Below, piece after piece: positions 17,445 to 24,845 of a stretch of DNA of 24,845 nucleotides. This DNA comes from a virus. Numbering within the stretch: the stretch's first letter is position 1; the number at the start of each line of letters is the position of its first letter. Under the pieces are notes generated by a model. That model saw only the letters and a program-made list of their open reading frames with translations. It did not search any database and was not told where the DNA came from. The position numbers and the translations under genes are program-made. The stretch is taken from IMG/VR virus record IMGVR_UViG_3300048856_000029, positions 1 through 24,845 of that record; one strand, given 5' to 3'.

Positions 17445-17725
17445 AGGACGAACTGATGAACAAGCTGTTTCTCGACAACTGGCCCAAGCGACGCAGATGG
17501 ATGCAAGTCATTCTCGCGTGGGCGCTCGCTAACGCGCAATACATCATCATCTGGGGTCGAGACAGCGGCCTGCACGAAAACGCGCTTATAGCGCTTCTCA
17601 CGCTGATTGCGTCGATCCTCGGCACCTATGTTTTCGGCGCTACCTGGGATGATCGCGACAAACGCCGGCACTTCTCCCGCGACCGTGACCGCGAGATGGA
17701 CGTGACGGAAGGGCAGGGCGAATGA
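17441..17725 (+). CDS. Holin (2 TM)
   Basis: RRR followed by two hydrophobic segments, YVFGATWDD, and a highly charged C-tail; SD GGAGG before the TTG. Confidence 0.7.
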   Translation: MKDELMNKLFLDNWPKRRRWMQVILAWALANAQYIIIWGRDSGLHENALIALLTLIASILGTYVFGATWDDRDKRRHFSRDRDREMDVTEGQGE

Positions 17726-18123
17726 CCGCGCTTCTCGGCATCTTCAATTTCGTCAAAGGTCTCAAGGTCGAGACTATCGCCTTCGTGCTCCTCGTTCTGC
17801 TTGCTCTGTCCGCGACCGGCTATGCGGCCTGGACAAAGAAAAGCCTCAAGGCAGCCGAGGCCGACCTGGTGCTCGAAAAGCACCTGCGAGCCACAGCCGA
17901 GCGGAAGTTGATCGACGCTCAGGAGCAGTTCGACAAGCGCCTGAACGACATCAAGGCGCTCGAAACCACCCGCAAGACCAACCGCCTCGAGATCCAGCCG
18001 TTTGAGCTGCGGATCGAGGAGCTGACCAGAGAGGACGCCGATGCGCCCAAGAGCTCTTTTGTTGATCGCCTCAATGCTGTCAACGCTGACCTTAACCGCA
18101 TGTTCGAGCACAACAGCCGGTAA
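17722..18123 (+). CDS. rz: i-spanin (Rz-like)
   Basis: N-terminal TM followed by a periplasmic coiled coil; its 3' end overlaps a lipoprotein gene. Confidence 0.8.
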   Translation: MTALLGIFNFVKGLKVETIAFVLLVLLALSATGYAAWTKKSLKAAEADLVLEKHLRATAERKLIDAQEQFDKRLNDIKALETTRKTNRLEIQPFELRIEELTREDADAPKSSFVDRLNAVNADLNRMFEHNSR

Positions 18124-18358
18124 GCCGGCTCCCTCGATCGCGGTCAAGCAATACCACCCTGAACTGCCGGACACGCTGGTTCTGGAAGACGAGAAATTCA
18201 TCGTCTGTCCGAACGAAGATCCGGCGAAGCTTGTCTGCATGGATCATACGAACGCTCAGAAGGTCAGCCGGAACAAGGTGAAGACCTTGAAATGGGCGAA
18301 AGATGCTCGTGCCGTGATGGACTACTACACCCGATCCGGTGCCGTGGTCAGTAAATAA
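18041..18358 (+). CDS. rz1: o-spanin lipoprotein (Rz1-like)
   Basis: Signal peptide with lipobox LTAC (Cys21), Pro-rich body, SD GAGGA; overlaps Rz by 83 bp in the +1 frame. Confidence 0.82.
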   Translation: MRPRALLLIASMLSTLTLTACSSTTAGKPAPSIAVKQYHPELPDTLVLEDEKFIVCPNEDPAKLVCMDHTNAQKVSRNKVKTLKWAKDARAVMDYYTRSGAVVSK

Positions 18359-18360
18359 GA

Positions 18361-18388
18361 ATATCATCTACTAGAGATTAGATAATAT
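18361..18388. promoter_or_regulatory. 10-8-10 AT-rich inverted repeat upstream of the A1-like gene
   Basis: ATATCATCTA-ctagagat-TAGATAATAT (9 of 10 positions pair); overlaps the ATG. Confidence 0.55.
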
Positions 18389-20237
18389 GACTGACGATGG
18401 ACCGGATTGTGTCTTTACCGAAGCAGATCTTCAATTCTCGAAGATCTACAACGACACCGAAAGCTTTCCGAACCTCACGGACGTTGCTCTTGAACTGGGC
18501 CTGTCCTACCAGACTGTCCGGAACAAGGCCTGCATCCTGAAAGGGAAGGCCAAGCGTGGCGAGAAGGTTCCGGTCCTGATCTCGCGTGCGATCGTCGCCA
18601 GGGAGAAAGATTCCGAGGCTCCGAAGAACCATGCCAACGCTCGCGCCGATATGCTGCGCGAGGAGATCCGCGAGCTTCTCACCCGCTCGCGCTACCCGGT
18701 CATCAATCCGGATGCCGTTGTCATCGACGCTTTCATCTCGACGAAATACGACCGGCTCACCGGCAAGCAGAAGAATATCGAAGGGACGCCGCGCACCTGG
18801 CTGACCGACACGCTGCGCGTCGAGAGCACCGAGGATCCACGCGGTCGCGTCTTCATCTTCACCGGCGCCCAGAACGATGCCGATGTCGACCAGGACTTCT
18901 GGAAGAACCTGCAGGCCTATGCCGATTTCCGCGACGCAGACATTGTTGTCGGTCCCGGCACATACGAGACCCAGTGGTGGAGCGAGTCCAATCCGACCGT
19001 TCGCGCTTATGCGCCCGAGATCCAGGAATACCTCTGCTTCGGGCAGATGGAGCTCGGCGATAACTTCGTCTTTGCCGGCGAGATGAACATGCTGCCGACC
19101 GCAAGCCGGCCGATCAGCGACCTGACCACCTATTCACGCGGCAAGTGGACTGTGTTTCCGCACGCCAAGATCCAGCTCAAGTCTGTATCGTCGCTCGATC
19201 CCGCAAAGCAGGCCCATCAGGTCATGACCACGGGCATGGTCACGAAACCGAAGATCATTCCGCGCAAGGCAGGCATCAAGTCGCTCGCCTATCATACGAT
19301 CGGCGCGACCATCGTCGAGTTCGACCAGGCCGGCCGTCTCTTCTGTCGGCAGATCACGGCAGGCGAGAATGGGGCCTTCTACGACCTGGAATTCTACGTT
19401 GCCGACGGCGACATCTCCCTGCATGACGGCGTCGATGCCATCACTCTCGCCGACTTCCACACAGCCAAGATGGTCGCACGCCACGCTGACGTGGTCTTCC
19501 GGCTGCCAGACAGCATTATTCGAACGCTGAACGCTCGCCGTGCGTTCGTCCATGACGTCTTCGACAACCAGAGCCGCAATCATCACCACGTCCACGACAA
19601 CGCCCATTCCTACGAGATGGCCTATCGAGGCAGGGAAAGCGTCTTCGAGGAGATTCGCGGCGTCGTGCAGATCCTCGATGAGCTGTCGAGCACGGTTGCC
19701 GTTACGGTCGTCGAGTCCAATCACGACATTGCTCTTGAGCGTTACGTGCGCGAGGGCCGCTACCGCAACGATGGCGTCAATATCCGGCTTGGTCTCCAGC
19801 TCGAGGATGCCTATCTCTCCTGGCGCGAGCAGGCGGCAGATGCGATCGACGCCGGCCGTCGCCCGAACAGCTTCTCGCTCCTCGAATACGCGGTCAACAT
19901 GGTCGCGGAGAAGGATGCGGTCGAGCTTTCCGATGTTGAATGGGTGCATGACGGCTATAGCTGCGTCGTCAACGGCGTGGAGTGTGGGCATCACGGCTTC
20001 AGGGGCGCACAGGGCGCGCGTGGCACCGTCGCGGGCTTTGCAGCGCTCGGCTACAAGATGACCATCGGCGACAAGCACGTCCCGGAGATCCTGGACAACG
20101 TCTACGTGGCCGGCGTCATGAACTTGCATCAAGGCTACAACAAGGGGCCATCCGCTTGGGCGGTCGCCCATGTGGTTCAGTATCCGGACGGCAACCGCAC
20201 GATCATCACGCTCCAAGACGGTTACTGGCGCGGATAG
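18387..20237 (+). CDS. HTH plus calcineurin-like metallophosphoesterase, T5 A1-like protein
   Basis: 616 aa. N-terminal HTH (LTDVALELGLSYQTVRNK), FTGAQN segment, and phosphoesterase motifs ADFH, HDVFD, ESNHD, HHG, GDKH. The A1 resemblance is from recall and has not been searched. Confidence 0.65.
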   Translation: MTDDGPDCVFTEADLQFSKIYNDTESFPNLTDVALELGLSYQTVRNKACILKGKAKRGEKVPVLISRAIVAREKDSEAPKNHANARADMLREEIRELLTRSRYPVINPDAVVIDAFISTKYDRLTGKQKNIEGTPRTWLTDTLRVESTEDPRGRVFIFTGAQNDADVDQDFWKNLQAYADFRDADIVVGPGTYETQWWSESNPTVRAYAPEIQEYLCFGQMELGDNFVFAGEMNMLPTASRPISDLTTYSRGKWTVFPHAKIQLKSVSSLDPAKQAHQVMTTGMVTKPKIIPRKAGIKSLAYHTIGATIVEFDQAGRLFCRQITAGENGAFYDLEFYVADGDISLHDGVDAITLADFHTAKMVARHADVVFRLPDSIIRTLNARRAFVHDVFDNQSRNHHHVHDNAHSYEMAYRGRESVFEEIRGVVQILDELSSTVAVTVVESNHDIALERYVREGRYRNDGVNIRLGLQLEDAYLSWREQAADAIDAGRRPNSFSLLEYAVNMVAEKDAVELSDVEWVHDGYSCVVNGVECGHHGFRGAQGARGTVAGFAALGYKMTIGDKHVPEILDNVYVAGVMNLHQGYNKGPSAWAVAHVVQYPDGNRTIITLQDGYWRG

Positions 20238-20240
20238 CGA

Positions 20241-20283
20241 TCAGTCAATACTTATTGATCGTTGTCGGTGAGGCTGTTAAAAT
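20241..20283 (+). promoter_or_regulatory. Motif copy 9 (20241-20258, TCAGTCAATACTTATTGA) overlapping promoter TTGATC-N17-(TGn)TAAAAT
   Basis: -35 at 20255-20260, TG at 20275-20276, -10 at 20278-20283; upstream of SD AAGGAG. Confidence 0.7.
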
Positions 20284-20304
20284 TGGTCTCGCAAAGGAGT
20301 TGAT

Positions 20305-20649
20305 ATGTCTCAACGGTTCAAAGGTCAGATCATTACCACGGGCTACGACTGGGGCATTCAGTTGAGCTTCGCCAACTCGCCCTGGGTTTTCCCTGAGACG
20401 GCGACGTTCGTCGCACAGGTTCGGCGTGATCCCGACGTGGAAGACGTCCTTGCGACCCTGACGACTGCCAACAACGGCATCAAGCGCATCTCCGACAAGG
20501 TGATCCAGATCCGCCTCGACGGCGAGATCACAGCCGACTGGCCCAACCGCGTCGTCTTCATCGACGCCGTGCGAACTGACGGTGGCAATCAGCATCTTGG
20601 CTTCATGCTGAAGGTGCCCGTCCGTCGCGCGATCACCAGGGGTATCTGA
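20305..20649 (+). CDS. Putative fibre-anchoring adaptor (Ig-like/BppU-N-like)
   Basis: 114 aa, beta-rich (GYDWGIQLSF...FVAQVRR...LATLTTANNGI); coupled to the fibre gene. Confidence 0.5.
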   Translation: MSQRFKGQIITTGYDWGIQLSFANSPWVFPETATFVAQVRRDPDVEDVLATLTTANNGIKRISDKVIQIRLDGEITADWPNRVVFIDAVRTDGGNQHLGFMLKVPVRRAITRGI

Positions 20650-23600
20650 TGCAGGAAATCATCATCGAAGTTGGTGACGTCGAGGTCGAGTTCCCGGCTG
20701 AAGCTGACGTTATCGCCATTGGCTCTGACCACGGCGTCATCGAGCTGTTCACTGCAGGCGACGTCGTTCCCGAAATCATCGCCTATGCCATCGGCCCGAA
20801 GGGTGAGAAGGGCGACACCGGCACGGTAACGCCGGAGATGATCGCAGCGCGCGATCGTGCCGAAGCTGCCGCTGATGAGGCCGAGGCTTCCCAGACGGCC
20901 GCTGCATCGTCGGCTGCCGACGCCCTGTCTTATCGTGATAGTGCTGCGCTCCATGCTGGTGACGCGAATGACGCCAAGAACGCTGCCGAAGCTGCTCGCG
21001 CAGATCTCGAGACGGCAAAGACCGCGGCTGAAACCGCTCAGGCCGGCGCTGAAACGGCGCGGGCAGGGGCTGAGACGGCTCGCACCGGAGCTGAAGCGGC
21101 TCTCACCGATGCAGGTGTCGCGCGCGACGATGCTATCGCAGCCCGTATGGCCGCTGAAGCGAGCGCCGACGATGCAGCCGACAGCGTCGTCACTGCCGGT
21201 CAACTCGCATTCGCGGCCGACGCTTCCGCTGATGCTGCTGCGCTGAGTGAGACTGCCGCTGGCGTCTCTGCTGGCCTTGCCCAGACCGCCCAACTCGCCG
21301 CGGAAGCCAATGTCACCGAGGCCCAGGCAGCACGCGACGACGCTCTTGCTGCGGCGTCTGACGCACTGGTCTCGAAGAACGACGCCGCTGCATCCGCAAC
21401 CAGCGCGGCCGACAGCCTGGCAGACGCAAATATCGCAAAGACCGGTGCCGAAGCGGCACGCGACGACGCACTCCAGAGCCAGACGAACGCAGCCGCGGCT
21501 CGCGACGAAGCGGTTCTCGCACAGGGCGCGGCTGAAGGCGCTCGTGATGAGGCTTTGCAGGCTCGCTATGAAGCGGTCGCAGCCGAAAGCCAGAGTGAAG
21601 CTGCTCGTGATGCGGCTCAGGGCTATGCCCAGGCTGCGCAGGCATCCGCTGAAGCCGCGGCTGCATCTGATCCAGGCACGATGGTCAGCAAGGCGGCGAA
21701 CGGCTCTGATTTCGCCGATCCTGATCAGGTGCGCATCAATATCGGCGCCCAGGAGGCGCTCGAGCTTGTGGAGCGGCTCGAAGCTGAGACCGGCACCTCG
21801 ACCGTCGTGCGCAACTGGAATGCTCTGCGCATTGCCCAGGCAATTGCCGCGCTCGCACCGACCAAGGCCCACACGCACACTGTCGCTGATATCAACGGCC
21901 TTGAGGCGCTTCTCGACGCGAAGGCGCCGCTGGACTCGCCGGAGCTCCAGGGGACGCCGACTGCACCGACGCCGACCGCTGGTGATCGCTCAAACCGGAT
22001 CGCAACGACCGGCTTCGTCATGAGCGTCTACGACCAGATCATGGGCGGCGCCGACGACGCCTACAATACGTTCCTCGAACTGCAGCAGATGATGCAGGCC
22101 GACGATACGCAGACGGCCGACATTATCTCGCAGCTCGCAACCAAGGCCTCGATCGTCCACACGCACGGCATCTCCGAGGTGGATGGGCTTCAATCGGCGC
22201 TCGATGGCAAGCTCGGCGCCACTGCGACTGCCGCTGCGGCAAACAAGCTGGCTGCTGCGCGGACCATCGCCCTGACCGGCGATGTTACGGGCTCTGTCGC
22301 GTTCGACGGGTCGGCCAATGTCTCGATCACGGCTACCATCGTTGACGACAGCCACAACCACGTCATCAGCAACGTAGACGGTCTTCAGGCCGCTCTTGAT
22401 GCCAAGCTCGATGCCACTGCTCAGGCGGCCGACAGCGCGAAGCTCGGTGGCCTCACTCCGTCGCAGTTCCTGCGGTCCGACACCTATGTCGGAAACGGAA
22501 ATGTTCTGCTTCCGAGCACGATCGGGGCCGGCATCAAGTTCTGGAATGGTTCCGACGCCTACTCGATCCAGATGTCCTCCTACAGCGACACCACCTACGG
22601 CGGTCGATTGGACACGACGTCCGACTACAACATGTATTTCACGATGACGGGCGGCACGAACCGCGGCTTCGTCTTCAAGAACGGCGCAACTGCTGTTGCC
22701 CAGATCGAAAGCACTGGTCGGCTCATTCCCAAGGGTGGCTTGAAGGTTCCCAACGCAACGGCTTCGGCAGGTAACGATGTGTCGAAGCATATCGATCTCT
22801 ACGGCGGGAGCTATGGCTTCTCGATCACCGGAAGCACACTGAACCATGTTTCCGGCGCCAACCATAACTGGTGGTCGGCTTCAACCAATACGATGCGTCT
22901 CAACTCGGCCGGTGAGATCTGGACGTCCGCTTACGGCTGGCTGCACGAATACATTGCACAGAATGCGCCGGCGCCCCAGAATACCGGCAATCTCGGCAAT
23001 GTGATCCTGGCAGCACCGTCAGGTCCCAATGGCACCGACTTTCTGAACGCCACTTCCAGCTCCCTTGCGATCACGTCCAAGGGTCTGTCTGTCGCGTCGC
23101 CGCTCATCGCTGTCGTCGGCCAGGGCTTCGACACGTCCGGTATCAAGAATAAGCTTGTCACCAAGACCGCAAACGTCACCTGGACCAATCTTGCCCCGAA
23201 GGCTAGGAACTACCTCTATCTGGACGAAGACGGCAACCCTGGATCTACGAGTCTCCCGCCCGAGCGGGTGATGAACAACCTGCGTCCCGCGAAGAACCCC
23301 GGCTTCCTGTGGCATTGCGAGAACTCGCAGGTGGACGATTTCGGCAACAATGTCTCTTTCGAGCGCTGGGACGCCACGACCACCTATGCGTTGCCCGTCT
23401 TCAACAACACGATTTCCAAGTTCGGCACCTACTCCGTCGAGCTGACGCGCTCACAGGCTAACTGGTTCAGTATCGAACCTGGGTTCTCTATCACGGACAC
23501 CCCTCGCGGCTGGACCGTGGAGACTTGGTTTCGCAAGAAGGACGCCGTCACCCACACCCTCTTCTCCTTCTCGGAGCAGGAAATCCGTTATGGCAATGCG

Positions 23601-24491
23601 ACCTTACTCTGCGGTATCAATGCCGCGGGAAAGCTTTTCCTCTACGCCAGCTCGGACATGTTGGTCGGCGCTACCTGGAATATCGCGAACAACGTTGCGA
23701 GCGGAGCGACCGCGATCACGGATACGACGACGTTTCACCACTACGCGTTGAGCTATGACGGCGAGGCTTATCGCGGCTTCATTGACGGCATCTTGCAGTG
23801 GACGGTTACTTCTACGGTGAAGGTCAGCCCCCGCTCTTACCGCATCAACTTCGGAAGCTTCCAGGGTAACGCCGACTACATCTGCTCCGGTTACTACGAT
23901 GAAATCCGGGTAACTCCCTTTTGCCGTTACAATGTAGCCTTTACCCCGTCGCAGGTTCCTTTCACTCCTGATGACATGTCCCATGACATTTTCTTCGAGG
24001 CGAGCAACCAGATGCAGACCTGGCCTTCCGGGACGGAGGTGAACAGGTGCTATGTTGGCGAAGCCGTTACCAGCGCGACCGGCGTAACCTCGACGGTCTC
24101 CTACAAGCAGCGTGACGCCATCGACGTAGCGACTCGCACCATGGCCTCTGGTTTGGTCCTGAAGGCATGGGCGAACGGCCGCATTGGTGCCACGCCGACC
24201 CTCAACAAGTCCGAAGGTATTCTGAGCATCAGTCGTCCCAGCACTTACTGGAATGAGGTCCGCTTTGAGGTGCCGGCGAAGGATATCTACTACCAGATCG
24301 TCTACGACTCCTGGACGCGCCTTGAGCCCCTCTCCAACGGCGATTTCTCCAGTTGGGTGATCCGGACCTACCGTAAGCGGCGTGATGGGTTCGATTTCGC
24401 GCTGTTTTCCACTGACAATAACGACCAGCTGGTTCAGCAGGCTGGCAACTCTGGTGTGTTCGCGTTCAGTGTTTATGAGCGAGAGGATTGA
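20649..24491 (+). CDS. Long side tail fibre with C-terminal LamG/ConA-like domain
   Basis: 1280 aa: short GPKGEKGDTG, about 270 aa of Ala-rich heptads, KAPLDSPELQGTPTAPTP fibre motif, three HxH...GL..ALD.K repeats, and a WTVETWF...HHYALSYDG..GFIDG...GYYDEIRVT lectin-like fold. Confidence 0.88.
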   Translation: MQEIIIEVGDVEVEFPAEADVIAIGSDHGVIELFTAGDVVPEIIAYAIGPKGEKGDTGTVTPEMIAARDRAEAAADEAEASQTAAASSAADALSYRDSAALHAGDANDAKNAAEAARADLETAKTAAETAQAGAETARAGAETARTGAEAALTDAGVARDDAIAARMAAEASADDAADSVVTAGQLAFAADASADAAALSETAAGVSAGLAQTAQLAAEANVTEAQAARDDALAAASDALVSKNDAAASATSAADSLADANIAKTGAEAARDDALQSQTNAAAARDEAVLAQGAAEGARDEALQARYEAVAAESQSEAARDAAQGYAQAAQASAEAAAASDPGTMVSKAANGSDFADPDQVRINIGAQEALELVERLEAETGTSTVVRNWNALRIAQAIAALAPTKAHTHTVADINGLEALLDAKAPLDSPELQGTPTAPTPTAGDRSNRIATTGFVMSVYDQIMGGADDAYNTFLELQQMMQADDTQTADIISQLATKASIVHTHGISEVDGLQSALDGKLGATATAAAANKLAAARTIALTGDVTGSVAFDGSANVSITATIVDDSHNHVISNVDGLQAALDAKLDATAQAADSAKLGGLTPSQFLRSDTYVGNGNVLLPSTIGAGIKFWNGSDAYSIQMSSYSDTTYGGRLDTTSDYNMYFTMTGGTNRGFVFKNGATAVAQIESTGRLIPKGGLKVPNATASAGNDVSKHIDLYGGSYGFSITGSTLNHVSGANHNWWSASTNTMRLNSAGEIWTSAYGWLHEYIAQNAPAPQNTGNLGNVILAAPSGPNGTDFLNATSSSLAITSKGLSVASPLIAVVGQGFDTSGIKNKLVTKTANVTWTNLAPKARNYLYLDEDGNPGSTSLPPERVMNNLRPAKNPGFLWHCENSQVDDFGNNVSFERWDATTTYALPVFNNTISKFGTYSVELTRSQANWFSIEPGFSITDTPRGWTVETWFRKKDAVTHTLFSFSEQEIRYGNATLLCGINAAGKLFLYASSDMLVGATWNIANNVASGATAITDTTTFHHYALSYDGEAYRGFIDGILQWTVTSTVKVSPRSYRINFGSFQGNADYICSGYYDEIRVTPFCRYNVAFTPSQVPFTPDDMSHDIFFEASNQMQTWPSGTEVNRCYVGEAVTSATGVTSTVSYKQRDAIDVATRTMASGLVLKAWANGRIGATPTLNKSEGILSISRPSTYWNEVRFEVPAKDIYYQIVYDSWTRLEPLSNGDFSSWVIRTYRKRRDGFDFALFSTDNNDQLVQQAGNSGVFAFSVYERED

Positions 24492-24493
24492 TC

Positions 24494-24845
24494 ATGAAGG
24501 TTTATGCTTGGCTCAATGCAGAGGGCCGCACTGTGACGGCCTCGATCCCCGACAACTACAGAATGCCGGGTGAAAGCGAGGTTGATTACCTGACCCGCAG
24601 GGCTCCGATGGTTGTCCCGGTCGAGGACTACGAGATCCTTGATCTGGAAGAAGCAACGGCGCGGGTGCTGGCCGAGGACGCGGCTCACGCCCCGGTGGTG
24701 TTCGCTCGCCTGAAGCCGATCAATTTCGAGCTTGGGATGCTGTCGCTCAACGTCACCGCGGATCAGATCGACGCGGCCATCAACGGACTTCCGGAGCCTG
24801 ACCGGACCATCGCCAGGATCTACTGGACAAGAGCTACCGGGTTTT
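24494..24845 (+). CDS. Putative tail fibre assembly/chaperone protein (3' truncated)
   Basis: SD GAGG; open to the window end: MKVYAWLNAEGRTVTASIPDNYRMPGESEVDYL...IDAAINGLPEPDRTIARIYWTRATGF; follows the fibre gene. Confidence 0.6.
   Translation, partial: MKVYAWLNAEGRTVTASIPDNYRMPGESEVDYLTRRAPMVVPVEDYEILDLEEATARVLAEDAAHAPVVFARLKPINFELGMLSLNVTADQIDAAINGLPEPDRTIARIYWTRATGF

Noticed and set aside
18361-18388. Inverted repeat as a dif or loxP-like site
   Set aside because: Arms do not resemble XerC/XerD boxes and symmetry stops at 10 bp.
988-20258. The 18-bp motif as a CRISPR repeat, REP/MITE or invertase site
   Set aside because: Copies are single and kilobases apart, with no target duplications, no recombinase in the window, and no inverted gene segments.
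20840-21670. 21-bp-period repeats in the fibre gene as a possible array
   Set aside because: They encode Ala-rich heptads (AETARAG, AEAARDD) with degenerate third positions and have no repeat-spacer structure.
23960-24491. Fibre C-terminus as a DGR variable region
   Set aside because: No template repeat or reverse transcriptase is visible in this window.
1-24845. tRNA, rRNA, intron or intein
   Set aside because: Gaps are at most 133 bp and are explained by regulatory elements; no cloverleaf or splicing motifs were seen by eye.

Overview
All-plus-strand late region of a GC-rich long-tailed siphophage (probably alphaproteobacterial; this is inferred from composition and CTTG-type -35 boxes). 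Gene order: head closure (partial), HK97 gp10-like neck, tail terminator, tail tube, G/G-T chaperones with a -1 frameshift, a 1582-aa tape measure protein with an embedded M15 peptidase, lambda-like M-L-K-I-J tail tip, four accessory genes (one carrying a Cys-ladder hairpin), a lysis cassette (holin candidates, TIGR02594-type hydrolase, overlapping spanins), an HTH-metallophosphoesterase resembling T5 A1, and a separate side-fibre module. The most striking unexplained signal is an 18-bp near-palindrome, T(C/A)AGTCAATA(C/T)TGACT(G/T)A. It occurs nine times and occupies every intergenic gap of 30 bp or more. Copies sit in sigma70-like promoters (two in identical register before leaderless ATGs), in the tube-gene terminator, and at the apex of a 63-nt hairpin that hides the first lysis gene's RBS. 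This suggests a dispersed operator network coupled to RNA structure switches. All protein calls come from motif recognition and synteny; no database searches were run.
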